DNA of 64,000 nt from contig NC_086108.1 of the NCBI RefSeq assembly GCF_963921235.1, positions 52,826,001 through 52,890,000 of the forward strand, given 5' to 3'. Shown piece after piece: positions 12,326 to 24,320 of the stretch. Positions within the stretch are counted from its first letter, which is position 1; each line of letters begins with the position of its first letter. The position numbers and the translations under genes are program-made. This stretch comes from Mobula hypostoma. Its lineage: Eukaryota. The notes beneath the pieces were generated by a model. The model had not been told where the DNA came from. It did not search any database and saw only the letters and a list, made by a program, of their open reading frames with translations.

Positions 12326-13011
12326 AGGAGGGAGGAGAAGATGGCAGTGTGCGCAGCCATTTTGGTGATGATGTCTGTTATCTGTCAAGTAGGGGACCAT
12401 GCACAATTCTGATTTGATGGAGACAGACATGAGAGCACGGAGGAACATCTGGAAAACTTCTGAAATGCCCGCTTCGCTGTCGCTGCTACTGTGTGGTAAC
12501 TGGAATCTTCAGAGCTGAAAGCCCTGAAATTCTCGGCTTTGCGTGTTTCAGCGGCCAGGGAGAGGTCGAAGGCTGTCAGCAGTGGATGGCGCTCGGGAGA
12601 CTGTATCGGAGAGGCTGGTCAGAAGCTCGAAGTTTTCGGACAGATGGACTCAGTGTCAGCTGTGGTTGGCTGCTTCCAAGGCATCGGCAAGTTGACGGTG
12701 CCTGGAGGTTTATGGCAGGGAGTTTCTCCCTTTTGCCGCCTGCTATCGGGGACTCAGGAGTTGATCGACTCGGGTACTTTGAGACTTTTTTTTTACCGTG
12801 CCCATGGTCTGTTCTTCATCAAATTATGGTATTGTTTTGCACTGCTGTAACTATATGTAATAATTATGTGGTTCTGTCAGTGTTAGTCTTTGGTTTGTCC
12901 TGTTTTCTGTGATATCACTCCGGAGAAACATTGTATCGTTTCTTAATGCACGTATGCATTTCTAAATGATAATAAAAAGAGGATTGAGTGTTCTCATAAT
13001 CTAATCTAATC
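12326..13011 (+). mobile_element. ~690-bp non-autonomous retroelement (copy 1)
   Basis: Starts AGGAGGGAGGAGAAGATGG and ends AATAAAAAG...(TAATC)n. Splits the Rex1 RT at YK/F-ADD. A near-identical reverse copy lies at 28149-28830. Confidence 0.85.
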
Positions 13012-13856
13012 AGCTAATGACACAACTGTTGTTGGCAGAATTTCAGATGGTGATGAGGAGGCAAACAGGAGTGAGATCGATCAGCTGGTTGAGTGGTGTC
13101 ACAACAACAACCTTGCACTCAATGTCAGTAAGACCAAAGAACTGATTGCAGATTTCAGGAAGTGGAAATTGAGGATATACACACCAGTCCTCATCGAGGG
13201 ATCAGCAGTAGAAAGGGTGAGCAGTTTCAAGTTCCTGGGTGTCAACATCTCTGAAGATCTACCCTGCGCCCAACATATTGATGAAATTACAAAGAAAGCA
13301 TGATAATGGCTATATTTCATCAGGAGTTTGAGGAGATTCAGTATGTCACCAAAGACTCTCATTTTCTCTTCGGCATTCTTCTATCTGGCTTCACAGAGCC
13401 CGAGGAGGTGCCAGTTGTATCTTTCCATCTCATGCGTGAGTTCCTTGAGTTTCCCTGCTTGGTTCAGCGTTCTTACATTCCATGTAGCGATTGTGATGTT
13501 CTCTCTGCCACAGATATTCTCTCTGCCATGGATCTTCTGTGTTGAATCACCAGTAGCACATTTATCGCGTCCGCCCTGGTGCGAGATGGATAGCACGGTC
13601 ATTGGTAACCCGGGCTGTGACCGATCCGCTAAGAAGTTGCTTTTTGGTGTGCTCATCGTGCGGGCGTGTCTGGGGCATCTGAAACCTGGCGGAGCCCATC
13701 CCTCTCCAGGTTTGACCACAGCCGATTTCCTCCAACTAGGTGGCTTGCCTTGGTCGTGAACACGTGGCCGTTATAGTTCATCTGAGAACCTTTCCGTCCC
13801 GGCCAGTGACATCATCATGGAAGTCATTCGCCCAGTGGTGCCGTGTTAACACCACC

Positions 13857-14033
13857 CCCTCACGTGTTTTAGCCCGCCAGCTGAAGTGGTTTACCTGGGT
13901 ATGGCGCTTGGAGCCACCTCGCGAGGGATTTAGGAGATGGATGAGGACCGATGATGCTCGTCCACCCTGTTTGGTAGGGAGCAGGATGCCAGACATCAAA
14001 GGTACTACCTCTATCCAGAGCCCCCTATACCCC
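13857..14033 (-). ncRNA. HDV-like (nested double pseudoknot) ribozyme at the RTE 5' end
   Basis: P1 GGGGUAU (14033-14027) / AUACCCA (13902-13896). P2 CCCUCGCGAGGU (13927-13916) / AACACGUGAGGG (13868-13857). P3 GGC/GCC with L3 UCCAAGC. P1.1 GG (13895-13894). J4/2 CUAA with putative catalytic C at 13872. Confidence 0.85.
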
Positions 14034-16709
14034 ATGAAAATGGCATAGGGTTCCTCGTCAACAAATCCATCAAGAACGCTGTCCTAGGATGCCAACCAGT
14101 GTCAAGCAGGCTCATGACCATCCGCCTGTGAGCAAAGCCATTCAACATCACAGTGGCACAAGTCTACGCCCCAACAACAGACTATGACGATGAACACACT
14201 GAAGAATTCTATAAGAAACTACAAGATGTCATCGACAAGGTGGACAAAAAAGATATTTTGATCATTCAGGGTGACTGGAATGCCAAGGTGGGCAGAGACG
14301 CACAAGATGATTGGGGAGATCTCATCGGCCCCTCATGCAATGACACCTCCAATGAGAGGGGACTATGCCTGCCAGAATTATAACAATATGGTGCTTTCGA
14401 ACACACTTGGAGAGCACCAAGCATCCCGAAGATGGACCTGGCATGCCCCCAGTGGTCAACATCACCAGATTGACTACATCCCAGTGCAAAAATGGCACAA
14501 ATCTGGTGTGAACAGATCGAAGACCAGAACATTCCCAGGAGCAGACGTGGGCAGTGACCATGACCTTGTCATGGTGAACATCAGAGTGCGCTTGAGGAGA
14601 ATCAACAAGTCAAAAAACAGCCGGCTGAGATTTGACCTTGAAAAACTGAAAGACCCCACCATCTCTGAAGAATTTCAGGCAGCAATTGGGGGAAAGTTTG
14701 CACCAATACTCCTCCTTGATGAAAACCTGGAGACCATCACAGATAACTTTAACACAGTGATGACGGAAACAGCAAGCAAGATTCTGGGGGAAAGCCACCG
14801 CAAATCTAAACCATGGGTCACTAACAAGATACTGGATATACATGACAGAAGAAGGAAATTAAAGAAAGATAAAAACACAGCAGAGAGAAGAACAAAATAC
14901 AGGAAAATCAACAAGGAAATCAGGAGGGAAATGAAGGAAGCAAAGCAAAGATGGACAGCCGAACAATGTGCCGACATTGAAGACAGCCTCTCCAACAATA
15001 ACACAAAGAAGGCATTCCAACTGGTGAAAGATCTTACCAAAGAAAAACAAGCCAAAGTAAACACCATCCAAGACAAAAATGGCAAAAGTCTCACGGAAGA
15101 AAAGGAAATAATGGAAAGGTGGACAGAGTACTGTTCAGACCTGTACAACTACCAGAGCAAAGGGGATCCAAGCGTGCTGAATGTGCAGGAATCTTCCAAT
15201 GAGGATGACTATCCAATCATGCATGAAGAAGTTGAAGCTGCAATACGATCACTGAAGTGCAGGAAGTCAGCAGGAGCTGACAACATCCCTGCTGAACTGC
15301 TGAAGCATGGAGGAGAGGCCACGAAGGACATGCTTACCACCATCTGCAATAGGATCTGGCAGGCGGGTGAATGGCTGACACCTTGGACTCAGTCGCTGAT
15401 CATTGTGCTTCCCAAGAAAGGCAATCTCCAACTTTGCCAGAATTACCGTACCATCAATTTAATCAGCCATGTAAGCAAGGTAATGCTCAGAATCATCTTG
15501 AACAGACTGAGACCTCAGGCAGAAGACATCATTGCTGAGGAACAAGCAGGCTTCCGTAAGGGCAGAAGCACCACTGAGCAGATTTTCAACCTTCGCACCC
15601 TCTGTGAGAAACACCTTCAGCACCAGAGAGAGTTCTACCACGTCTTCATAGACTTCAAGAAGGCATTTGATAGAGTCTGGCATGATGCCTTATGGGCCAC
15701 CATGAAGAAATTCAACATGGGGCAGAAACTGATTCATACAATCCATCAGCTTTACGCCAAGGCAACCAGTACAGTACTCACTCAGGACACCATCCGGGAG
15801 TGGTTCCACACCTCTGTAGGAGTCTGTCAGGGCTGCCTCCTCTCCCCCACTCTCTTCAACGTCTTCCTGGAACGAATCATGAGTGTTGCCCTTGAAGATC
15901 ACATGGGTACAGTCAGCATCGGAGGGAGGAACATCACAAACCTAAGATTTGCTGACAACATTGATGGACTTGCAGGAAAAGAGGATGAACTGGCCAACCT
16001 GGTCAGCCATCTTGACAGAGCCTCCACAAAGTCTGGAATGGAAATAAGTGCCGAGAAAACCAAGCTCATGGCAAATGCCAACAGTGCCATCACAACAGAC
16101 ATCTCAGTCCATGGTCAGAAACTTGAGACAGTGCAGCAGTTCAAATACCTGGGGGCAATCATCAGTGATGAAGGATCAAGACCAGAAGTGCTGGCAAGAA
16201 CCGGACAGACAATGACTGCACTATCCAAACTCAAGACAATATGGAGGGACAGCAACATCACCATGAAGTACAAGATCAGACTCCTGTGTGCATTGGCATT
16301 CTCCATCTTCCTGTACGCATGTGAGACGTTGACCCTCACAGCAGAGCTACAGAGGAAGATACAGGCATTGGATATGAGATGCTATCGCAACCACTTGGGC
16401 ATCTCATACTTGGACCACATCACAAACCAGCAGTTCTGCAAGACCATCCAGCACCACATTGGCTCCCATGAAGACCTTCTCACAACGGTGAAGAAAAGAA
16501 AGCTGAGATGGTACGGCCACGTAACAAGATCCAGTTGTCTTGCAAAGACCGTTCTACAAGGAACTGCGGAGGGGAAAATAAGGAGAGGTAGACAGAGGAG
16601 AAGATGGATGGGCAACATTAAAGAATGGACAGGGAAAACATTTGCGGTGACCCAGGCTCTGGCACACAACTGCAACAGAAGGAACAGACTGGTGCAAAGC
16701 TTGTCATGA
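14033..16709 (+). pseudogene. RTE APE-endonuclease/RT ORF, lightly damaged
   Basis: Track ORFs 14153-14383 and 14271-16709 (812 aa). TGA stop at 14129, frameshift near 14375, and catalytic FADD reads FADN (15948-15959). Confidence 0.9.
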
Positions 16710-17269
16710 CAGCACCCCGACAACTCCACCAGGAGTTAAGGGCGCAAGGCAAGACAAGGCAAAGACTCTCTCAAATTTCTACAAATGTACCGTGGAGAGC
16801 CTTCTAACTGGTTGCATTACCATCTGGGATGGAAGGGTCACTGCCCAGGATCTGAAAAATCTGCAGAAAGTTGCAAGTTTGGCCAGCTCTATCATGGGCA
16901 CTAGCTTTCTCAGCTTCGAGTGCAGATTCAAAAGATGATGACTTAAAAGGGCAGCATCTGTTATTAAGGACCCCCTTCACCCAGGACATGCTCTCTTCTT
17001 ATTGCTACCATCAAGGAGGAGGTACAGGAGCCTGAAGAAAAAACATTCAACATTTTAGGAACATCTTCCCCATCGCCATTAGATTTCTAAATGGACAATG
17101 AACCCATGTACATTATCTCAGTATTTTTTTTCTTATTGCACTACTTATTTAATTTATATTATTGTAATTTATACTTTTTTTTATTATGAATTACAATGTA
17201 CTGCTACTACAAAACAACATATTTTACAATATGTGCCAGTATTGTTAAACCTGTTTCTGATTCTGTATT

Positions 17270-17864
17270 CCCACCCATCAACCAGAATTTCAAGTAGAGT
17301 AACTTTTAGATCATGTCAGTGGCTGTGCATCTTACAGTGAGTGACTCTCCCTTTGATATCCCTAAGCTTTTCCATGATCTACAAGGCACAAGGCGGGAGC
17401 ATGATGGAATACTATCCACATGCTTCCTAAGTAAAACTCCAACACTCAAACTTGATACCATTCAGATCAAAGCAGCATGCTAAATTAGTGCCTGCCTAAA
17501 CACTCATTCCCTCCATCATCGGTGCATAGTGATTACGTTGTGCAGCATTTACAAATGCACTGCATTTACTCATCTCGGTTACTCTGGCCGCACACCCAAA
17601 TCTATGACTTTTATCATCGAGAAGTTCAAGGGCAGCAGGTGTAGGGCCACATCACAACTTAAACCTTCTCTTCAAAACTGCACACTATCCTTGCTTGGAA
17701 ATACATTATCATTCCTTCGACGTTCCAGTTACTCCCACCTTTCAGCATGGAATAACTACACCAGAGGAACTGCTGTGGTTTACAACCATCTTCACACGGG
17801 CAATGAAGAATAGGCAATACACATTGGCCTTGCACTTGTACCTTGAGAAATGAATAAATAAAAA
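17270..17864 (+). mobile_element. Ancient CR1/L2-group LINE, 3' part (continuation of 10335-10920)
   Basis: IYKAQGGSMMEY, LDTIQIKAAC and HSLHHRC-like residual codons, ending in an AATGAATAAATAAAA tail. Confidence 0.65.
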
Positions 17865-19444
17865 GACTGTCAGTGCTCACTGTTTATATCATTTAAAGAA
17901 AAACAGTGCACATGGCTGAGAGAGTTGGGTGGGGAGGGGGGTGGTTGGGGCATCATTGAGCTGCATCACGAGGGAAGCCACTTACCTCAGCAAAAGTTGG
18001 GGTGAAGCTTTTATAACTGGCAAGGAAATACAAGTTTTCTTGTCCCCTCTTCTAATTTACTGAATAAAGTGAATCCACTGTTGTTGCTGTAAACAGCAGT
18101 AACCTCAAAAGAAAGCTATCTTTTTGTTAACTAGAACATTTTATTTGATATCAAATTACAAACAAAAATCATAATGATCAATTCATCCCTTTATTTCCAG
18201 GAACAAGCTGATAAAAGTCTTTAACTGAATTTGTCTAATTTCTTGCACCTGTTTAAATTTTTATTACAGAGGATGAATGAATCCCACAGTAACATTTTAT
18301 GGAGCTTATTTTTGTATTACGCACCAATGCCCTGCAGCAATTTACTTTGTTTTCTAGGCCCTGTCCTGGGTGAAGCTGCTCAACTTGTGTGCAGATGGGT
18401 CTTTGACAGGCCTACAGCTGTTCCCTAATTGTTCATTAAGTGTTCTATTGATTGTATGATTCAAACTACATGTGTCTTTCAGCGAAGAGCTCTCATGTAA
18501 AGTGGCAGAAACATTCTGGGCAGGATGACAGAGTCAGTCCAGAGCTAAAATGCGAACTGCCAGTTTCAATAGAGAACAGCCTGCAGTGAACAGTGAAGCC
18601 ACAGTAAATAGAAGCTTTGTCAGTCTGATGAAATTTTTATTTTTCCAAACATTTGACATCAAACAATTACACCCACAGTAGTCAGGAAATAGAAAAAAAA
18701 ATAAGATATTTACATTCCTTTAAAAGTAAATCTATATGGAGGAGGTTGAATCTTGTGCTCATCAGTAATTAAAACATCAGAATTAAATAAATTTATAGTT
18801 CAGTAGGAGCTCAAATAGCCTGAGATGTCCGTGACCACTCAAAGGAAAAGAATTATTTCGGTTCATTTTATACCAGTGCTCCATAGGTTACTTCTAGGAA
18901 ACTGGTTGTTTTCCTTATTAAAGATCCCTGGTGTTAAATAGAACAATTATTTCCTGGTTAGGGGTAGCTCAATACATTTAAGTTCAATACTTGAAAAGCC
19001 CCTCTCCCACAAAATGTTTGCCAAGCTAGGCATTAATGAGTGAAGTTACTAATTGGTAGCCATTGGTACTAATTGGTTTGTGATTTGGCTCAATAGCTGC
19101 TATGAACTGGAGTGAAACTGGGTTCTTTAATCCAAGAAAGAAAAGATATTTACCCCATCAATCTCGGCTGGATTTAGATTGGAATTTGATTAGGAAAGGG
19201 CTGTGTACCAAATTGATTACAGGTATGTGTCCCCATTTAATTATATAGAGCTAGTATACGTAAAAGCATCTCATTACTTGTTTTGATAAACATTTTCTTC
19301 CTTGTAACTTGCACACAGATGCACTCCTATGGTACCAACACCCATCATGTTCCAACACCTCAACTTTAGACAAAACAATAAGACACAAAGATTTGGAGTT
19401 ACATAGCATCTCTCACACTCTGTTGATGGCATTCCATGGTCTTA

Positions 19445-19810
19445 TCTGAAGTACTTTTGAAATGTCAACAATGCTAATAATGTAGGAAGCATAACAACCA
19501 ATTCACAGACAGCAAACTCCTTTCATAGCAATGGAATATTGAGTTGCATAGAGTGAGGGATAAATATTGGTTGGGTTGCTGAGAACAACTCCTTTCCTAC
19601 ATTTCAGAATAATACCATGGGATCTTGAAGGAGTAGACTGGACCTCAGTTTAATATCTCATCCAAATGTCATCTCCTTTAACAGTGCAACAGCATCTACA
19701 GACTGCCCTGGAATGTCAGACTAGATTTTTTTTGTGTTCATACCTCTTGAGTGGGACTTCACTACATGTCAACAAGATGTATGACCAGTAGCTTATCAAA
19801 TCTGAGCCTG
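19445..19810 (-). mobile_element. Deu-domain SINE (AmnSINE1/SacSINE1-like), ancient
   Basis: GAAGTACTTTTGAA, GAGGGATAAATATTGG, CCATGGGATCTT, GTTTAATATCTCATCC and GAGTGGGACTT match the remembered reverse Deu-SINE consensus in order. Confidence 0.65.
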
Positions 19811-20449
19811 ACATTGTCCACAACTGATATTCATATTCACACCAGAAGGACCAGACTGTGATCAACATCAGTAATCTTTGCTGCTCTGGCCACTCAATAA
19901 TTCTGGAGCACTTTGCCACCAGCAGCTAGCTAAATGCACATGGTTTAGACAGAATCTGAGCAATTCATGACCCTAGGTACCCTAGGCACTAAGCCTCTCT
20001 GGAGATATCTTTGTATATAAGAGAACAAACATCTGTTATTCAAAATAATGTTGATCAGTACCCAAACTTTTATTTTTTAGCATTTTAAACTAAAGGCATC
20101 AATGAAAAGATACTTAAAATAGACAGAAGTCATGAATCTTTGAAAAGTAAGCTGGTCTCATTTAGATCCCCATAAACAGAGCAATATATAGCATTTACTA
20201 CCCTAATACAAAGAGTTCCATCATTCTAATGTTCAGAATGGTCTATTCCATTTTGAGCCTTAATTGTCATCCATCTGAGCTGACATTTTCAGATTACAAT
20301 GTGATTATTGAAGCTTATTTTCATTACAGAATAGAGAAAGAGTAATGATAGTACAAAGGATATTTGGTTGAATCTACATTGCACAAAGAAAACTAACTGA
20401 AGGGGAAAAAGTGTATTCAGTTTCTGATACATGGGAGGGAGAGGACTGA

Positions 20450-20640
20450 ATGAACATAAGCTGTTCTCAGCTGGTCTAGGTGTTACAATGGGCCTTAGTG
20501 AACTTGGCTGAGTGAGGGGAACAATCAGCTTGAGTTCAGCTGCTCATTATCTGGTGACTATTGCTGTTGAAGTGTGTGGACATGAACATTAGGGGTGCAC
20601 AGGACAAATCCGGGCACTGATTATTTGTGGTTGAATAAGG
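20450..20640 (+). mobile_element. LF-SINE-like ancient SINE core
   Basis: TACAATGGGCCTTAGTG...GAGGGGAACAATCAGC...TATCTGGTGAC...GTGTGTGGAC...GGTTGAATA. Similar to 33210-33480 and to the reverse of 36620-36830. Family name is from memory. Confidence 0.5.
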
Positions 20641-20901
20641 AGTTTAAATAAATCATTTACTGTTCATGTTCAGACATGAAAAGAATATTGCATGAGGTCT
20701 TAGAGAAGAACGGATGGATCGGAAATGATTGCTCAACAAGGAGTCAACATACTCAGGATAAAAGGTAACAAAGTTGTAAGTGGTGGAGGCAGCAGGGTGT
20801 GCAGGTGAGGGAAATATGAATAAAATTTCTAAAACAGAATTCAAGAAGCTGGCCAGTCTTATGGCTGAGGTGTTCTGGTTATGATCTGAACATTTGCTTA
20901 A

Positions 20902-21903
20902 CCTGCTGGTGACTAGTGGTGTTCTGTAGCAGTCAGTATTAGGACCACTTCTTCTCACATTATATGACAACGATTTGGATGATGGAATTGATGGCATTTT
21001 GGCCAAGTTTGCAGATGATACAAAGGTAGGTGGAGGAACGGGTAGTATTAAGGAAGCAGGGAGTCTGCAGAAGTACTCGGATAGATTGGGACAACAAGGT
21101 GGCAGACGGTATACAGTGTAGGAAAGTGTATGGTCATGCACTTTGGTAGAAGGAATAAAGGCATAGACTATTTCCTATACAGGGAGAAAATTCAAAAACC
21201 AGAGATGTAAAGGGACTTGGGAGTCTTTCTGCAGGATTCCCTAAGGTTAACTTACAGACTGAGGCGGTGGTGAGGAAGGCAAATGCAATGTCAGCATTCT
21301 TTTCAAGAGGACTAGAATCTAAAAGCAAAAGAGTGATGTTGAGGCTTTTTAAGGCATTGGTCAGACCGCACTTGGAGTATTGTAAGCAGTTTTGGGCTCC
21401 TCATCTAAGAAAAGGTGTGCTGGCATTGGAAAAGGTCCAGAGGAGGTTCATAAGAGTGATTCCAGAAATGAAAGGGTTAACGTATGAGAAGCATTTGATA
21501 GCTCTGGGCTTGTACTTGCTGGAGTTTAGAAGAATGAGGGAGGATCTCATTGAAACCTATTAAATATTGAAAAGACTTAATAGAGTGGATGTTTCCTATA
21601 GTGGGTGAATCTAGGACCAGTGGGTACAGCCTCAGAATAGAGGGATGTCCATTTAGAACTGAGATGAGAGGGAATTTCTTTAGCCAGAGGGTGGTGTATC
21701 TGTGGAAGTCATTGCTACAGACAGCTGTGCAGGTCAATTCTTTATGTATATTTAAGGAGGAGGTGGATAGTCAGGGAGTCAAAGGCTATAGGGAGAAGGC
21801 AGGAGAATGGGGTTGTGAAGGATAATAAATCAGCCATGATGGAATGGTGGAGCAGACTTGATAGTCTGAGTGGCCTAATTATACTCCTATGTCTTGTGGT
21901 CTC
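20902..21903 (+). mobile_element. CR1 LINE 3' fragment
   Basis: KFADDTK, LVRPHLEYC and LEKVQRRF motifs plus a CR1-type 3' UTR. Confidence 0.9.
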
Positions 21904-23271
21904 AATTACCCCATTACTTCCTAAATTTGACCCAGAAGAGAAAAATTTATTGGTTTACTCAGATAAACAGCTGTAGGAAGAGGATTTGGGCCAGAAAAAG
22001 ATAAATGGTGTGGTTAAGTTACTGTGCAGTTGTCTGTAGACAACAGGAGAGCAGGTCGGAGAGAAGCCTCTTCCTGTGGTATGTGGGAAGCTTTCGAACG
22101 TTGGGTGAAACAGGGGGGGCAGTGGGAAGATGCAAATCAAGCATGAATAAAAACAGTAAAAGAAACCGCTCTACACCCTAATTTTCAGTCATAATAGATT
22201 TGTCCCACTAGTTTGCCAGGGAGTAAGCTGCTATTAGAATTGTGGACATTTATATCATTATCCTTCGTGTTCAGGACTAATGGTCAACTTAGAAGGAAAA
22301 CAACAAAAGAATAAAGAGGGTCTTTAGTCAAGATCTACTGACTGGGAAAATGCTTTATTCAGACCCAGTAAGTTGATTTCAAATTGTCTTAAAATCTCTG
22401 ATGTTATGAAGGTAAAAACTGGCTAAGGTTGAAAATTAGTGGTGAAAATAATCTAAAAAAATAATAAGACAACATTCCGTAAAAATTATCTAATTTAATT
22501 TCAGGCAAGAATGTGACTTAAAAAGTAATTGTTTTAAAATTTGACAAGGAAAGATTGTAAATGCATTCTAAGAGGGAGAGGAATTGCATGGTGATTAAAG
22601 GGATACAGAGACTCGTGCATGGAATGATAGAGCTCTTTCCTCCAGAAAGCTTTTAACATTGTGGATAAGATGTTCATTGCAGATGATGGTTCCAGTGACA
22701 GTGTTTTGTCAGTGTTACCACTTCGCTCCTTTGCTTCATGTAATAATATGTGGTCTGCCACTGCTCCCTGATGTTCCAAATTATCATTTGGTGATGTGCT
22801 AAGTATATGCGATACTAAAATTGAATCATTTAGTGAGATTACAGTCTAGTTGTCTGCGCACAGTAGGAGAGGAGGGTGGAGAGAGGAGTCTCCCTGCGGT
22901 AAATGGGGATTGGTAAGACTTGTGATCTTTTGACCACATTCCTGATTCATGGCAGAATGATTGATGAAGGTTCACAACCAAAATTGAGTAAGCTAACATT
23001 ATTACTGTCGAGCATTTCAAGCTATTTTCTATTACAGGAACTGGGCTACATGACTGAAAATTACATGTGGGTCATCACGATGAGAAGCTTACAACTTGGC
23101 ACCTTTTTTCTGAGGATCATTGCTCTATCTTAAAATGACAGTGTCTATATGAGGTAGATGTTGCTTTTTTTGGTGTGATTGTGGGTAGGGCGCAAGTTAG
23201 ATGCAGGAGAGACACAGAGTCCACAACATTATTTTAATCAAGATATCACTTGTGAGTGATGCAATGATATA

Positions 23272-23748
23272 CAGTCATTGGCTACTTTATTTGGTAAACC
23301 AGTACACCTGCTCGTTAATGCAAATCAGCCAATCATGTGGCAGCAACTCAATGAATAAAAGCATGCAGACATGGTCAAGAGGTTCAGTTGCTGTTTAGAC
23401 CAAACATCAGAATGGGGAAGATATTTGATCTATGTGACTTAGACCCTGGAATGATTGTTGGTGCCAGGCAGGGTGGTTTGAATATCTCAGAAATTGCTGA
23501 TGTCCTGGGATTTTTCTGTGCATATCAGTTTCTAAAGTTTACAGAGAATGGTGTGGAAAACAAAAAAAAAATTCAGACAACAGCAGTTCTGTGCACAAAA
23601 AAGACCTTATTAATGAGAGAGGTCAGAGGAGAATGCCCAGATTGGCTCAAGCTGACAGGAAGGCAACAGTAACTCAAATTACCATGTATCACAACAGTGG
23701 TGTACAGAAGAGCATCTCTGAATGCTCTAATAAAGTGGCCACTGAGCA
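23272..23748 (+). mobile_element. Internally deleted Tc1-like DNA transposon
   Basis: Imperfect TIRs CAGTCATTGGCTACTTTATT / AATAAAGTGGCCACTGAGCA, with TA on both sides. N-terminal HTH MGKIFDLCDLDPGMIVGARQGGLNISEIADVLG is present; the DDE domain is absent. Confidence 0.85.
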
Positions 23749-23779
23749 TACTTCAATATAACTTTATACATTTGTACCA

Positions 23780-24320
23780 CAGGAGTGCCAGACAATAACC
23801 ATCTCCAACAAAAGATGGTGGGGTGATCAATATGCTGAGGGGTCAGCACTGACCAGAAACTCAGCTGGAATATTGGCTCAGTTGACTCATATGTGGTTCA
23901 ATTCCATATTGTGAAGGAATACTCTTCACTTGCTTGGATTAGTGCAGCTCCAGCAACTGTCAGGAAGTTGGGAACATCTACTCCTAAAACTTCACCACCT
24001 GTGCATGATGGCTGCAGTGTACACTACCTTCAAAATGTATTGCACTCACTCATCTTAGTGACTGCAATAGTACCTTCCAAGCCCACAGCCTTCACTATCA
24101 GGATGGCCAAGTTTTTGGGAGCACCAACTCTTTATCCTTCAAGTCAAGCACCATCCTGACAAGGAAATATTTTACCTTGCCTTCATCATTGCTAGGACTA
24201 AGTCTGAGACTCTCTCTCTAACAACGCTGTGGAAGCACCTGAAGGACAGCGGCAGTCAATGGTGGTGATGAGCCATCATCTTCTCAACAGCACTTGGGGA
24301 TAGACAATGAATGCTGGTCT
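23780..24320 (+). mobile_element. Ancient CR1/L2-group LINE 3' fragment
   Basis: EYSSLAWISAAPATVRKL in ORF 23893-24159. Same family as 17270-17864. Confidence 0.6.

Larger units (their letters stand above)
13361..16759 (+). mobile_element. RTE-clade LINE, near full length, with inverted 5' segment (13361-14033)
   Basis: Perfect TSD CAAAGACTCTC (13350-13360 and 16760-16770). APE N-terminus ITIATWNVRTL...LLGLCEAR is on the minus strand. The plus strand resumes at HENGIGFLV (14033), followed by VYAPT, GDWNAKVG, SDHDLV and the RT. Ends in a CAAGG-repeat tail. Confidence 0.95.
10921..17265 (+). mobile_element. Rex1/Babar LINE (5'-truncated), interrupted at 12326-13011 and 13361-16759
   Basis: HLDHCY, DLDPLQFAY, YIRLLFIVYSSVFNTIIP, QGCVLSPLLY, LNVSKTKELI and HPGHALFLLLPS motifs are colinear across the insertions. 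Ends in a TTCTGA-type tail. Confidence 0.88.

Noticed and set aside
12493..12912. 139-aa ORF, mirrored by a 139-aa ORF at 28240-28659
   Set aside because: Both lie in copies of the same young repeat and start at GTG, with no recognisable domain. Shared openness is explained by recent common origin.
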